Part shown: piece by piece, positions 52,477 through 63,817 of the stretch | Layout: every line of letters begins with the position of its first letter | How positions within the stretch are numbered: the first letter of the stretch is position 1 | Source of the DNA: Gammaproteobacteria bacterium | GTDB lineage: Bacteria; Pseudomonadota; Gammaproteobacteria; CAJXQU01 | Reading direction: 5' to 3' | NCBI GenBank assembly: GCA_965238175.1 | Contig: CBDEGZ010000003.1 | Span: forward strand, 3,168,001 to 3,232,000 | Length of the DNA stretch: 64,000 nt | Notes under the pieces: model-generated | Told to the model about the DNA's origin: nothing | Seen by the model: the letters and a program-made list of their open reading frames with translations, nothing else | Databases searched by the model: none | Position numbers and translations under genes: made by a program

Positions 52477-53512
52477 CTTGTTCAGTCGCGCCCGTCATGG
52501 CCATTTTTTTTGCATTGGATGACATCTCGACAAGCTTCTCTTTATCTGTGATCCAGTTATTAATAATTAATCCAAGCTTATCTTCCGACAGATCAGAATC
52601 CTGAATAACCAACGCAGCACTGGCATCAACAAGATAAGCCGCATTCGCTGTTTGATGATCATCCACCGCATATGGATAAGGAACGAGAATCGAAGGTAAA
52701 CCGGCGGCTGCCAATTCGGAAACCGTCAATGCTCCTGAGCGACAGATCACAAAATCAGCCCATCCATAGGCCTGATCTATATTATCTAAGAACGGCTCCA
52801 CACGCGCTTTTACTCCCAGTTCTTTATATTGTTCTTCAGTTTGCTCAAAACCATTTTGTCCGGTTTGATGCCAGATATTTAATTCGCCCCCCCCTTTAGC
52901 TACAATTTGAGATAGTGTTGATGGAACAATTTTATTTAGCGAACTTGCCCCCAGACTTCCACCGACGATCAATATCCTGATTTGATCGTTAGTTTTTGCT
53001 TGTTTTTTCAAATTAACAATCGACGCTCTAACTGGATTACCCACGTACTGTTCATTACGGTGATTAAATGTATTTGGGAATGCCGTAAACACACGCGTGG
53101 CTATTTTTGCCAGGTATCTATTGGTCATACCCGCAATGGCATTTTGTTCATGTATAACCACGGGTATCCGCATTAACCAAGCTGCGATCCCACCTGGTCC
53201 ACTGGCAAACCCTCCCATTCCCAGAACAGCTGCGGGACGGTAACTGATCATAATTTTGATAGCTTGCAAAACCGCAAACAATATTTTCAACGGCGCAAGT
53301 AATAACTTAAAAAATCCCTTACCGCGCACACCACTAATAGTTAATGTTAATAAACGATGACCTGCTTCCGGAACGACTCTAGCTTCCAGGCCTTTTTTAG
53401 TCCCCAACCATAGCAATGGAATTTCCTTTGAATGCAAATAATCTGCAACCACAAGTGCTGGAAAAACATGCCCACCAGTCCCTCCTGCCATAATCATGAT
53501 CGGCCGCTTCAT
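52442..53512 (-). CDS. murG: Undecaprenyl-PP-MurNAc-pentapeptide GlcNAc transferase
   Basis: AGGTGGHVFP, GGSLGA, RSGALTVSE, DDHQTANA. Confidence 0.97.
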   Translation of the reverse strand: MKRPIMIMAGGTGGHVFPALVVADYLHSKEIPLLWLGTKKGLEARVVPEAGHRLLTLTISGVRGKGFFKLLLAPLKILFAVLQAIKIMISYRPAAVLGMGGFASGPGGIAAWLMRIPVVIHEQNAIAGMTNRYLAKIATRVFTAFPNTFNHRNEQYVGNPVRASIVNLKKQAKTNDQIRILIVGGSLGASSLNKIVPSTLSQIVAKGGGELNIWHQTGQNGFEQTEEQYKELGVKARVEPFLDNIDQAYGWADFVICRSGALTVSELAAAGLPSILVPYPYAVDDHQTANAAYLVDASAALVIQDSDLSEDKLGLIINNWITDKEKLVEMSSNAKKMAMTGATEQVANALLEVAYG

Positions 53513-54687
53513 TGTTCGACCTCGTCATCATATTGTTCAGCACGTGTTTCATAATCGACACGCAAAATTAAAGCCGTTGCAACACACATCATAATCATAC
53601 TGTTGCCACCGTAACTGATAAAAGGAAGTGTCAGACCTTTGGTAGGGAGCGCGCCCATATTTACGCCCATATTTAAAAATGCCTGCATACCTATAAGGAG
53701 GCCGAACCCGTAGGCCAGGTATGCAGGAAAGTACCTTCCCCTCTTTTCAGCTTGTGCGGCGATATAAAAAACTCGCCAAATAAAGAATGTAAATATTGCG
53801 ATCAAAATCAAGCAACTAAATAAACCTAACTCTTCTGCAAAAATTGCAAAAATAAAATCTGTATGTGCTTCGGGTAAGTAGAAAAGTTTCTGAACACTAC
53901 TCCCAAGACCAACGCCGAACCACTCACCTCTACCGATTGCTATCAAGGCCTGCGTTAATTGAAAACCGGTGTTGTACGGATCCGCCCATGGATCTAAATA
54001 TGTTAATAAGCGCTGCAATCTGTATGGTGACAACATCACCGCAGTAGCGATTGCCATTACTGCAAGCATTCCCCAAACAATTATTCTCAGAAGAGGGATC
54101 CCTGCAATAAATAACAAACCAAGCATGGTTGCGAATAATAGAACCGATGTTCCAAAATCCGGCTCCATCAGCAATAAACCACAGACTAAGGTCATGACAA
54201 TAACTGGGTTATACAAACCAGAAAAATGCGTTCTGATTTGATTTAAGTGTTGCTCCATATAACCAGCCAGATAGATCACAATAAGTATCTTAGCAACTTC
54301 AGAGGCTTGTAAATCGTAGACACCTAAATCAAGCCAACGACTAGCACCATTGACTTCTTTCCCCAGTGGTGAAATAACAGCAACTAATAAAACCAACGAG
54401 ACCAGAAGAAATAAATAACGAAACTGTTTCAACACATAAAGTGGTGTATTCAAAACAATTGCACCACTGATCAACCCCACACTCAAAGCAACAACTTGTC
54501 GCCAAAAATAATGCAATTGTGCTCCTTGATCCTTACCCAAAGGATCTGCTATTGCTATTGAAGCGGAGGCGACCATAACCAGGCCAATGCCGATTAAAAT
54601 TGCCACGAAACCGATTAACCACCAGTCGTATTCGGCATCCTCCAGATAGTACAAACTCTTGTTTTGGGTCAGGATTGCTTGACTCAT
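53509..54687 (-). CDS. ftsW: Peptidoglycan polymerase FtsW
   Basis: NGASRW, EPDFG, LPEAHTDFIF, LPFISYGG. Confidence 0.97.
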   Translation of the reverse strand: MSQAILTQNKSLYYLEDAEYDWWLIGFVAILIGIGLVMVASASIAIADPLGKDQGAQLHYFWRQVVALSVGLISGAIVLNTPLYVLKQFRYLFLLVSLVLLVAVISPLGKEVNGASRWLDLGVYDLQASEVAKILIVIYLAGYMEQHLNQIRTHFSGLYNPVIVMTLVCGLLLMEPDFGTSVLLFATMLGLLFIAGIPLLRIIVWGMLAVMAIATAVMLSPYRLQRLLTYLDPWADPYNTGFQLTQALIAIGRGEWFGVGLGSSVQKLFYLPEAHTDFIFAIFAEELGLFSCLILIAIFTFFIWRVFYIAAQAEKRGRYFPAYLAYGFGLLIGMQAFLNMGVNMGALPTKGLTLPFISYGGNSMIMMCVATALILRVDYETRAEQYDDEVEQ

Positions 54688-56087
54688 GAGTCAAAACCCT
54701 CGCCAAAAATTCCACTAGAACCCTCATTACAAACTTTGTTAACTGCTTCAACAAAAGCCTTACCACGTGCTTGATAATTCTTAAACATATCAAGACTCGC
54801 ACAAGCGGGTGATAACAAGACTTGATCGCCAGAAACTGCAACCTGATCCGCAATCGTTACAGCATCTTCGAGATCAGATACAACTTCAACATCAGTAACC
54901 GCTCTAAGCACTTGTTCTAATAATTTCGCATCTTTTCCAAATAATATAGCTTGCTTAATACGGCCTTTCGCAACAACAGCCAGCTGTTCAAATTTTGCAC
55001 CTTTAGCATCGCCTCCAGCGATAAAAATGATAGGTCGTTGTGCACACCCTTTTATTGCAGCAACAGTTGCACCCTCATTCGTACCCTTCGAATCGTTATA
55101 CCAATCAACGCCATTATGTTCAGCAACCCATTCACAACGATGTGGTAATCCCGACCATGTTTTTAACACTTCCAACATTGGTTCAATTTCTAAACCCACC
55201 GCTTTACCCAAGGCTAAAGCCGCTAATCCATTAGCAACATTATGTGTTCCTTGAATTTTCATTTTGCCAACGGGCATCAATAAATTTTCTTCAAAAGCTA
55301 ACCACTGCTGATCATTTTTTGATCGAATTCCAAACTCATTTTCATCCGGCTTATTTAATGTGAAACGTGTGATTTTACGATTCATTTTCGACATGCGAGC
55401 AACAATCGAATCGTCGGCGTTCAAGATCATTTCTCCACCACCCTGAAAGATCCGCTCCTTGGCATCAACATAATCTGCAATGTCCGCATATCGATCCATG
55501 TGATCTTCTGAAATATTCAAGATAGTCGCGGCTACTGCATCTAAACCATGTGTGGTTTCAAGCTGAAAACTGGATAATTCCAATACGTAAAGATCAGGTT
55601 CATTTTCACCGATCAAATCCAAAGCTGGTGTGCCTAAGTTCCCCCCGGCTCGAACATCCAGACCAGCTTTTTTCGCCATCTCATATACAAGTGTCGTTAC
55701 TGTGCTTTTTCCATTAGCACCCGTTATAGCGATCGTTGGTGCATTAGCGTGCCTTGCAAAAAGTTCTATATCACCAATCAATTCAACACCAGCTTGTTGT
55801 GCACGAAGCAAAACAGGATGTCGTATCGAAACTCCCGGACTGACGAGACACTGTTTTGAGTTCATGATCAAATCGATATCTAAATCACCAACACTGATTA
55901 AAACATCGGGATTTTCCTGCTGAAACTGCTCAACGCCAGGTGGATTTTTACGTGTGTCCGTCACTGCAAATGAAAACTCTTGACTTCCCAGAAAACGCGC
56001 GCACGACAAACCTGTCACACCGAGACCAATAATAACGGTATCTATGTTTAAGTTGGCTTGCTTATTCATACGAAGTTTTTTGTTCAC
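54684..56087 (-). CDS. murD: UDP-MurNAc-L-Ala-D-Glu ligase
   Basis: GLGVTG, TGANGKSTVT, ELSSFQL, NDSKGTN, SPACAS. Confidence 0.97.
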   Translation of the reverse strand: MNKKLRMNKQANLNIDTVIIGLGVTGLSCARFLGSQEFSFAVTDTRKNPPGVEQFQQENPDVLISVGDLDIDLIMNSKQCLVSPGVSIRHPVLLRAQQAGVELIGDIELFARHANAPTIAITGANGKSTVTTLVYEMAKKAGLDVRAGGNLGTPALDLIGENEPDLYVLELSSFQLETTHGLDAVAATILNISEDHMDRYADIADYVDAKERIFQGGGEMILNADDSIVARMSKMNRKITRFTLNKPDENEFGIRSKNDQQWLAFEENLLMPVGKMKIQGTHNVANGLAALALGKAVGLEIEPMLEVLKTWSGLPHRCEWVAEHNGVDWYNDSKGTNEGATVAAIKGCAQRPIIFIAGGDAKGAKFEQLAVVAKGRIKQAILFGKDAKLLEQVLRAVTDVEVVSDLEDAVTIADQVAVSGDQVLLSPACASLDMFKNYQARGKAFVEAVNKVCNEGSSGIFGEGFDS

Positions 56088-56089
56088 CT

Positions 56090-57172
56090 TTACCTAACCT
56101 TCAAAGAAGCCAATCCGATCAAAACCAACATGACGGTTATGATCCAAAATCTGACTATTACTCGGGGTTCTGGCCATCCCTTCAACTCATAATGATGATG
56201 AAGTGGTGCCATATTAAAAATTCGTTTTCCCGTTAATTTGAACGATGTCACCTGTAAAATGACGGAGACTGTTTCAATAACAAAAATCCCACCCATGATG
56301 AACAAAATCAATTCTTGTCTAACAATCACTGCAACCGTACCGAGTGCTGCACCTAGCGCCAGTGCACCGATATCGCCCATGAAAACTTGTGCTGGATAAG
56401 TGTTGAACCACAGAAAACCTAAACCGGCACCAACAATACTTCCACAGAAAATACAAAGCTCCCCAGTACCAGCAATGTAAGGAAACCCTAGATAATCAGA
56501 AAACTTCACATTTCCCGTAACATAGGCAAAAATAATCAGTGCGCCCGCAACGAGCACACAAGGCATAATCGCTAATCCATCTAAACCATCTGTCAGGTTC
56601 ACCGCATTACTGGTTCCGACAATCACAAAATAAACAAAAGGAATATAAAGCACACCTAAAACGATATTGATGTCTTTCACAAAAGGGATTAAAAGTTCAA
56701 TTTCTGCATTAGTCTGTGCTGTACGAAATAAAAAAATCGCCGCTGCAATACCAACCACAGATTGCCAAAAATATTTGTGCCGAGCTGGTAGCCCTGTGGG
56801 ATTTTTTTCAACGATCTTACGATAATCATCAATCCAGCCAATGACACCAAAAAGTGCGGTAACCAATAACACCACCCAAACAAATTTATTACTCAAATCA
56901 CTCCAGAGTAAAGTACTGACACCGACAGCAACCAAAATCAACAAGCCTCCCATGGTTGGAGTACCTGCTTTGATCAAATGTGTCTCAGGACCATCATCGC
57001 GAACACTTTGGCCAATCTGATACCGCTTCAAATAAGCAATCATCCGGGGACCAACAAACAACGATATAAATAAAGCCGTCAAAACACCTAAAATTGTACG
57101 CAACGTCAAGTATTGAAAGACGTTAAACCCAGAATGAAACTGGGTCAGATAATCAGCTAGCAGCAGAAGCAT
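56090..57172 (-). CDS. mraY: Phospho-MurNAc-pentapeptide transferase
   Basis: [33 protein letters not shown]. Confidence 0.98.
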   Translation of the reverse strand: MLLLLADYLTQFHSGFNVFQYLTLRTILGVLTALFISLFVGPRMIAYLKRYQIGQSVRDDGPETHLIKAGTPTMGGLLILVAVGVSTLLWSDLSNKFVWVVLLVTALFGVIGWIDDYRKIVEKNPTGLPARHKYFWQSVVGIAAAIFLFRTAQTNAEIELLIPFVKDINIVLGVLYIPFVYFVIVGTSNAVNLTDGLDGLAIMPCVLVAGALIIFAYVTGNVKFSDYLGFPYIAGTGELCIFCGSIVGAGLGFLWFNTYPAQVFMGDIGALALGAALGTVAVIVRQELILFIMGGIFVIETVSVILQVTSFKLTGKRIFNMAPLHHHYELKGWPEPRVIVRFWIITVMLVLIGLASLKVR

Positions 57173-58538
57173 TATGACTCTCCAAAGCTTGTACTACCGT
57201 TTCCATTTTGGCTGCACGAGAACCTTTTATAAGCAGTGTGATATCCGTATCCAGCTCATTCTTTATTATTATTTTTAGTTTTTTTATAAGCGTTTCATTA
57301 TCAAAAAAATGTTCCGCTCCAACTCCAAATGCCTGTGTCGATTTTTCACTCAATTGGCCAACGCTAAACAATCGTTCAACACCCGCAAGTCTTACCTGCT
57401 CACCAACTTGCTCATGTAGTTCGTTTGCCGCTTTACCTAACTCACCCATGTCGCCTAGCACCAACCAGGGTCGTCCTGATGAATTGAGCAAAACGTTCAA
57501 GCCGGCCAGCAATGACCCAGGATTCGCGTTATAGGTATCATCAATAAGTTGTACATTGTGAATGCCTGATTTGAATTGCAAACGGCCAGGAACACCTTTC
57601 AATGATTCAAGACCATCACGAATTTTTTCTAGAGAAATATTTAACGCCGCAGCACAAGCCGCAGCAGCAATGGCATTCATAATGTTATGCCGACCCGGAA
57701 CAGGTAGTTTCACCGCGATACATTTTTCTTGAACCTGTAAATAAAAGCGACTACCGCGCTCAAGTATTTTGTTCCTCGTAGCAGTAACGTTAGGTTTATT
57801 ATCAGTTTTTTTCTCTAAACCAAAATTAAGACTGCGACAGTGGCCCGCCATTGTTCTCCATACCGGTGCAAAATTATCATCTGCATTTATTATCGCAATG
57901 CCTTCTTCAGGTAAAGACTGAAAAATTTCACCCTTGGCGTGAGCAACACCTTCTATTGATCCAAACCCCTCCAGGTGAGACGGCGCGCATTGGGTAACAA
58001 CCGCGATTATTGGTTTTGCAATTTTACTGGAACCGGCAATCTCGCCAACATGATTTGCACCCATTTCGATCACCGCATAATCATGTTTTTGATCAAGATT
58101 AAACAGTGTCAGTGGCACACCGATATCGTTATTTAAGTTACCCTTAGTCGAGAGCACTTCACCACAGCCAGATAAAATTGAATTAACCATTTCTTTAACC
58201 GTTGTTTTTCCATTACTACCTGTAATTGCTACAACTGGAATATCGAAATAATCTCTCCATATACTAGCCAAACTGCCCAAACCTAATCGTGTGTTTTCAA
58301 CTTCTATGGTGGGTAAATTAGTTCGTACAGATTTATCGATCATCACTGCCGCTGCACCTGCTTTTTCTGCTGCAGCGACATAATCATGACCATCAAAACT
58401 CGGACCGTGAAGTGCAATATACAACTGGCCTTCTTCTATAGTTCTCGTATCTGTCGAACAACCACAAAATGTTACGTTTTCTCCTAGCAAACTTGCGCCA
58501 AGCTTGTTAGCTACTTCTTGCAAAGAAAGATTGATCAT
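57153..58538 (-). CDS. murF: UDP-MurNAc-tripeptide D-Ala-D-Ala ligase
   Basis: [33 protein letters not shown]. Confidence 0.97.
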   Translation of the reverse strand: MINLSLQEVANKLGASLLGENVTFCGCSTDTRTIEEGQLYIALHGPSFDGHDYVAAAEKAGAAAVMIDKSVRTNLPTIEVENTRLGLGSLASIWRDYFDIPVVAITGSNGKTTVKEMVNSILSGCGEVLSTKGNLNNDIGVPLTLFNLDQKHDYAVIEMGANHVGEIAGSSKIAKPIIAVVTQCAPSHLEGFGSIEGVAHAKGEIFQSLPEEGIAIINADDNFAPVWRTMAGHCRSLNFGLEKKTDNKPNVTATRNKILERGSRFYLQVQEKCIAVKLPVPGRHNIMNAIAAAACAAALNISLEKIRDGLESLKGVPGRLQFKSGIHNVQLIDDTYNANPGSLLAGLNVLLNSSGRPWLVLGDMGELGKAANELHEQVGEQVRLAGVERLFSVGQLSEKSTQAFGVGAEHFFDNETLIKKLKIIIKNELDTDITLLIKGSRAAKMETVVQALESHNASAAS

Positions 58539-60076
58539 TGTCCTTCCTCTGCTTGTTTTGCATTTAAAATATTCAGCACAACATTTCGATCATTGAATGG
58601 GAAACGTTGACCTTTTATCTCTTGCCATTCTTCGTGACCTTTACCTGCGATCAAAACAATATCATTTACTTGCGCTGACTCTATCGCAGATTCAAGCGCC
58701 TGTTCTCGATCAAAAACCATCTTCACTTTTTCAGGCTTTTTCATACCTTCCAGAATTTGATCAGCGATCATTTCTGGATCTTCTGATCTTGGATTGTCAT
58801 TGGTAATGATCAGGAAATCTGACAGCTGCTCAGCAACCTTTCCCATCAAGCTACGTTTGCCTTGATCACGATCACCTCCGCAACCAAAAACACACCACAA
58901 CTGCCCCTTACAAACTTCTTTCAACGTACTCAATGCGTTCTCAAGCCCATCTGGTGTATGCGCAAAGTCGACAACGACTGTGGGCTGTTTTTTTTGGATA
59001 AAAGCTTCCATTCGACCAGGCACACCGGCCACTTTCGACAATGATTGCAAGGCTTCTTTAAATTCAAATCCTGCAGCGAGTAAAGCACCCAATGCAGCCA
59101 ACAAATTACTCGCATTAAAACGACCCAATAGATCAGTTTTAATAACGCCTGATCCTTGTGGCGTATCAATTTCCATTTCTAAACCGGTAACGAAAACATC
59201 TAATTTTTTGCATCGAATAGTATTAATTTCCGAATGACTTTTTTCACTTAAAGTATAAGCAATCAGTTTGATATTATTCGATTTATCTTGCAATAAAGTG
59301 TCGAAAATCTGTTCAGAAAAAGGATCATCCAGATTAACAACTGCGGCTTGTAAATTAGGTGATTTAAATAAGGATAATTTTGCATTACCATAGGCTTGCA
59401 TATCGCCATGATAATCAAGATGATCACGCGTTAAATTGGTAAACACGGCAACATTAAAATTCACGCCATTCAATCTTTGTTGTGATAAACCATGTGATGA
59501 CGCTTCAATAACGACGGCTTTTGCACCTTGATCATTTAATCGAAATAGCGATTTATGTAAACTAATAACATCTGGTGTTGTCATACCGTTAGAGGCAAAT
59601 TCACCAAGTAGTCCATTACCCAATGTTCCAATGACACCGCTGGAATTTTTTCCTGAAATATTATCTATCGCTTGCCCGATAAAATGACTAACTGACGTTT
59701 TACCGTTAGTGCCAGTCATTCCAAATATTTTCAGATCATCTGTTGGATTGCCGAAATATCGATGCGCGATTATGCCCACTTTACTCAATAAATTTTCAAT
59801 AAAAATAATATTTCCAACAACCTTATTTGTAACAAGATCCGCTTCGCTACGATCAACAAAAATAGCAACGACTCCTCTTGATATTGCATCGTCAATAAAA
59901 TCCGTACCACGAGTAATAGTTCCACTCAGAGCAAAAAAACAGTCTCCTGGATTTATCTTTCGACTGTCGAGTTGAATACCATTGATCAAAACATTTTGAT
60001 CATCATCAAGCTCCGCAAACTCTTGTACGAGTTCGCTTAGATAAATTCCACCTTGTTTCATCGCTGTCATTATCAA
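58535..60076 (-). CDS. murE: UDP-MurNAc-dipeptide meso-DAP ligase
   Basis: TGTNGKTS, NLTRDHLDYH, DFAHTPD, DNPR, AGKGHE. Confidence 0.97.
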   Translation of the reverse strand: MIMTAMKQGGIYLSELVQEFAELDDDQNVLINGIQLDSRKINPGDCFFALSGTITRGTDFIDDAISRGVVAIFVDRSEADLVTNKVVGNIIFIENLLSKVGIIAHRYFGNPTDDLKIFGMTGTNGKTSVSHFIGQAIDNISGKNSSGVIGTLGNGLLGEFASNGMTTPDVISLHKSLFRLNDQGAKAVVIEASSHGLSQQRLNGVNFNVAVFTNLTRDHLDYHGDMQAYGNAKLSLFKSPNLQAAVVNLDDPFSEQIFDTLLQDKSNNIKLIAYTLSEKSHSEINTIRCKKLDVFVTGLEMEIDTPQGSGVIKTDLLGRFNASNLLAALGALLAAGFEFKEALQSLSKVAGVPGRMEAFIQKKQPTVVVDFAHTPDGLENALSTLKEVCKGQLWCVFGCGGDRDQGKRSLMGKVAEQLSDFLIITNDNPRSEDPEMIADQILEGMKKPEKVKMVFDREQALESAIESAQVNDIVLIAGKGHEEWQEIKGQRFPFNDRNVVLNILNAKQAEEGQ

Positions 60077-61794
60077 GGTTGCCTACCCGCCATCAATTTA
60101 TGTTCACCTGTTATGGCTTCGGAAACATCGTCTGGAGAAACATTCATCAACCTAAGTGTTTCACCCATTAATTTTGCAAATGCTGGTGCAGCGACCTGCC
60201 CACCGTAATACTCGCCTTGTGATGGCTCATTGATCATGACAACAGCAACAAGGCGTGGGTTACTCACCGGCACAATTCCAGCAAAAACAGACTGGTAACG
60301 ATCTTCTGCATAGCCACCCGTAGATGATTTATGTGCGGTACCTGTTTTACCAGCAACGCGGTAGCCTGGAATGCTCGCTTGTTTACCAGTGCCACTTTGT
60401 ACAACCCCTTCCATCATTTCCAGAACCTGACGTGTGGTGACTTTACTCATTACACGATCACCTTCTTCTGGCTGCTCGATTTTTAATAAACTCGGTATTG
60501 CCATCACACCCTCATTAGCCAATACCATATATGCCTGAGCTAGTTGTAATGTTGTCACCGACATACCGTAACCGAATGACATCGTTGCTTGCTCAATATC
60601 CCGCCAGCTTGAATAATCCCTTAAACGTCCTGCGGCTTCACCTGGAAAACCAACTCCACTGACTGTCCCTAGCCCAATTTGATCAAATGTGTTCCATAGC
60701 ACTTCAGCTTCCATCGACAACGCAATTTTCGACACACCGACATTACTTGATTTTTTGATCACGGTAGATACATCAATCATTTTGTAATTATGAATATCCC
60801 GCACCATGTGTTGACCTACACGATACTGACCTGGGCGTGTATCAATCATCGTTTCAGGTTTATAAGTACCCAAATCCAATGCGGTAGCGACAGTAAAAGG
60901 CTTTATTGTTGAGCCTGGTTCAAATACATCCGTTACCGCACGATTGCGATAATGTTCGCCTTTCATCACATAACGATTATTTGGGTTGTATGAAGGTTGA
61001 TTAACCATTGCCAGGATTTCACCTGACTTAGCATCCAAAACAACGATTGATCCACTTTTTGCCTTATGTCCCAATACAGCAGCGGTTAATTCTCTGTACG
61101 CTAAATATTGAATACGTTTATCAATACTCAAAGTCAGATCTTTGCCGGGTTGAGACGCTTTGACACTTTCAACATTTTCGATCGTATGACCTTTCAAATC
61201 TTTAATCACGAGTTTTTTGCCAGGCTCACCTTTCAACAATTTGTTGTAAGCCAGCTCAATTCCTTCTTGCCCCTTATCATCAATATTCGTAAACCCCACC
61301 ACATGAGCGGCAACATCTGCTGCTGGATAAAATCGTTGAAATTCTTTTTGTTCTGATACTCCCGGGATCTTAAGCGCCATCACTTTTGCAGCAAGTTGCG
61401 GTGTGGCCTGTCGCTTCAAATAAACAAACTCACGTTTTGCACGCTTGTTGATCATGTCTTCCATAGTGATTTGAGGAATACCTAACACTTTTGCTAACTC
61501 AACCCATCGGGGTTTGTCCAAAACCAATTTTTTAGGATTCCCAATAATCGCACTAATCGGTGTACTAATCGCCAGAGGCTCACCATTTCGATCATAAATA
61601 ATGCCGCGATTTGCTGAAACAGGAACTACCTTTGAATAAGATGAATTTCCTTTACTTTGTAGAAAATCTTTTTCCAACAATTGCAAATAGACAATCTTGA
61701 ATACCAATCCCACCGAGGCGATCAAAAACAGACAAAGCACAAACCAGCGCCTGCCAGTAAAATGTGCTTCCATTTTTTGATCTTGTTGTTTCAC
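60073..61794 (-). CDS. ftsI: Penicillin-binding protein 3 FtsI
   Basis: RGIIYDRNG, EPGSTIKP (SxxK), SSN, KTGT. Confidence 0.97.
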   Translation of the reverse strand: MKQQDQKMEAHFTGRRWFVLCLFLIASVGLVFKIVYLQLLEKDFLQSKGNSSYSKVVPVSANRGIIYDRNGEPLAISTPISAIIGNPKKLVLDKPRWVELAKVLGIPQITMEDMINKRAKREFVYLKRQATPQLAAKVMALKIPGVSEQKEFQRFYPAADVAAHVVGFTNIDDKGQEGIELAYNKLLKGEPGKKLVIKDLKGHTIENVESVKASQPGKDLTLSIDKRIQYLAYRELTAAVLGHKAKSGSIVVLDAKSGEILAMVNQPSYNPNNRYVMKGEHYRNRAVTDVFEPGSTIKPFTVATALDLGTYKPETMIDTRPGQYRVGQHMVRDIHNYKMIDVSTVIKKSSNVGVSKIALSMEAEVLWNTFDQIGLGTVSGVGFPGEAAGRLRDYSSWRDIEQATMSFGYGMSVTTLQLAQAYMVLANEGVMAIPSLLKIEQPEEGDRVMSKVTTRQVLEMMEGVVQSGTGKQASIPGYRVAGKTGTAHKSSTGGYAEDRYQSVFAGIVPVSNPRLVAVVMINEPSQGEYYGGQVAAPAFAKLMGETLRLMNVSPDDVSEAITGEHKLMAGRQP

Positions 61795-62060
61795 TTAGAA
61801 TTCACCAAATTAATGTTCTCGCTAACAGGCAGTTCCATTTCCAATTTTTCACGAGCAACCTCTTCAATACGACTATGGGTTCCCCAAGTTGCTTGCTCTA
61901 ATTGAAAACGCCCCCAGTCCTCATTCATCAAGTCACGTTGCGCTTCCATTGCTTGAAGTTGTACAAATAATTTACGATTTTCGTGTCTTGTTCCAACCAC
62001 ACTTAACGCCGTCCAAACCACCAACATTCCGATCAACAAAAATGGAAACTTCATACACAC
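61791..62060 (-). CDS. ftsL: Cell division protein FtsL
   Basis: TM plus coiled coil (RHENRKLF...LEQATW...RIEEVAREKL); synteny. Confidence 0.9.
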   Translation of the reverse strand: MCMKFPFLLIGMLVVWTALSVVGTRHENRKLFVQLQAMEAQRDLMNEDWGRFQLEQATWGTHSRIEEVAREKLEMELPVSENINLVNSK

Positions 62061-63010
62061 ATCCTCTCTGCTATACGCAATACGGCACTTCTTGATCTTG
62101 GATTTCTATCTACTTCCGCAACACTTGCCCTGATCATTTTCCCAACAAGCTTCATATCGGGATTCAACATTGAAACGGGGATCGGTAAATCTTTCGGATA
62201 GGTATCACCAGCAGCAGCTTTTTTCATAAATCGTTTTACAATGCGATCTTCCAAAGAATGAAAACTGATCACCACTAAGCGACCACCTGGAGCAAGAATG
62301 CTCAACGCCTGATCCAGCACTTTTTTGACCTCGCCTAATTCATCATTAATGAAAATTCTGATCGCCTGAAAAACGCGCGTTGCCGGATGAATAGCTTTTT
62401 GTCCGGGCTTACTTTGGTTCGGTGTCACTGCTTTGATCAAACTGGCTAATTGCCTTGTTGTGACAATGGGTGCTTCATCACGCCTCGCGACGATTGCCCG
62501 TGCTATCCGTTTGGAAAATCGTTCTTCACCATACTCACTAAATACCTGCACCATTTCACGATCGGTCGCAGTCGCTATCCAGTCTGCTGCAGAAATCGAA
62601 TTTTCTGGATCCATGCGCATGTCCAATGGCCCTTCTCGCATAAAACTAAAACCACGTTCGGCATCATCCAATTGCGGTGAAGAAACACCAAGATCAAAAA
62701 GAATACCGTTAACTTTTCCTGTGACTCCTTTTTGATCAGCGATCTGTTCTAATATTGAAAATGCACCTTGCTCGATAGAAAAACGTTTATCTTCAATGGC
62801 AAGAATGTTCCCAGCCTGTATAGCAAATGGATCACGATCAATAGCGATCAATTTCCCCTGCTTGCCCAATTTCTTCAATATCGATTTTGAATGTCCCCCT
62901 CGCCCAAAAGTACAGTCAAAATAAATTCCGTCCTCAACTATCGAGAGCGCTTCCAACACTTCATCCAATAACACCGGTTTATGTTGTTGCTCCTTATCAA
63001 TCGCCGCCAT
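62051..63010 (-). CDS. rsmH: 16S rRNA m4C1402 methyltransferase
   Basis: HKPVLLDE, DCTFGRGGHS, DLGVSSPQLD, ISFHSLEDR, NPRSRSA. Confidence 0.98.
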   Translation of the reverse strand: MAAIDKEQQHKPVLLDEVLEALSIVEDGIYFDCTFGRGGHSKSILKKLGKQGKLIAIDRDPFAIQAGNILAIEDKRFSIEQGAFSILEQIADQKGVTGKVNGILFDLGVSSPQLDDAERGFSFMREGPLDMRMDPENSISAADWIATATDREMVQVFSEYGEERFSKRIARAIVARRDEAPIVTTRQLASLIKAVTPNQSKPGQKAIHPATRVFQAIRIFINDELGEVKKVLDQALSILAPGGRLVVISFHSLEDRIVKRFMKKAAAGDTYPKDLPIPVSMLNPDMKLVGKMIRASVAEVDRNPRSRSAVLRIAERMCV

Positions 63011-63468
63011 CAGAGCGAGAGTTGTTGTAGCGATTCTGGAACTTCGCCACTGCCGTCTTTAAGACTACTCAACCATGCTTCTTGCTTTGCGTTCCAAGTT
63101 GCTTCATTCCATAACTCGAATTTGTTACCCTGACCAAAGATGACGATTTCTTTCTCTAACCCAGCATGTTTTATAAGGCTCGCTTCCACTCGAAGCCGAC
63201 CATGGGAATCCAATGTGCAATCTTCGGCATGCCCAAGCATTAATGTTTTAGTCATGCTCGCTTTCGGATCAAATTCGGGTAATGCGACTAGTTTGGGTTC
63301 AACCAATTCCCACTCAGTCAACGGGTATATCCATACACAAGGTTCATTGGGCTTAATGGTGAGCTTCAGATTACCACTGCACATCTCCTGGAGCCGAGCA
63401 CGGTATCGACTAGGAATTGCTAATCGCCCTTTACTGTCCAGATTAAGTGAGCTTTTACCCGTAAACAT
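63010..63468 (-). CDS. mraZ: Division/cell wall cluster transcriptional repressor MraZ
   Basis: LDSKGRLAIP and LDSHGRL SpoVT/AbrB repeats. Confidence 0.97.
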   Translation of the reverse strand: MFTGKSSLNLDSKGRLAIPSRYRARLQEMCSGNLKLTIKPNEPCVWIYPLTEWELVEPKLVALPEFDPKASMTKTLMLGHAEDCTLDSHGRLRVEASLIKHAGLEKEIVIFGQGNKFELWNEATWNAKQEAWLSSLKDGSGEVPESLQQLSL

Positions 63469-63514
63469 GAAATCCCCGTTGCTGCATTTTTATTAGCGTC
63501 TCATATATTATGAT

Positions 63515-63577
63515 CCACAATTCACCACGATCCACCACAGATTATCGAACTATCTAACAACAGTAGTCTGCTGTCAA
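63515..63577 (-). promoter_or_regulatory. dcw promoter with MraZ boxes
   Basis: Three GTGG repeats at 10-bp period (CCAC at 63515, 63525, 63535); TTGACA-17 nt-GATAGT on the minus strand. Confidence 0.75.
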
Positions 63578-63817
63578 GCATAAAAATCGGGAATTCTTTC
63601 TTTTTTAACAACAACTTAGCGAAAAATTCACCTTTCGGACTGAAATTAAAAAAATAACTTTTTTAGTATCATTTGTTTAGTAATTCTACTTAAAGTGATT
63701 TATTAGATATGTCATTTTTATAAAGACATGAAATGTTACAAATGGGTTTATTCAAGAATAACTTTTGGTTAATTTTGATTCAGATAGATCAATTTTGGTT
63801 TACCATCTTGATCATTT

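Noticed and set aside
40452-63468. Many short antisense ORFs across secA and the dcw cluster, and murB inside dcw
   Set aside because: The short ORFs are shadows of conserved genes; the murC-murB-ddl order is common
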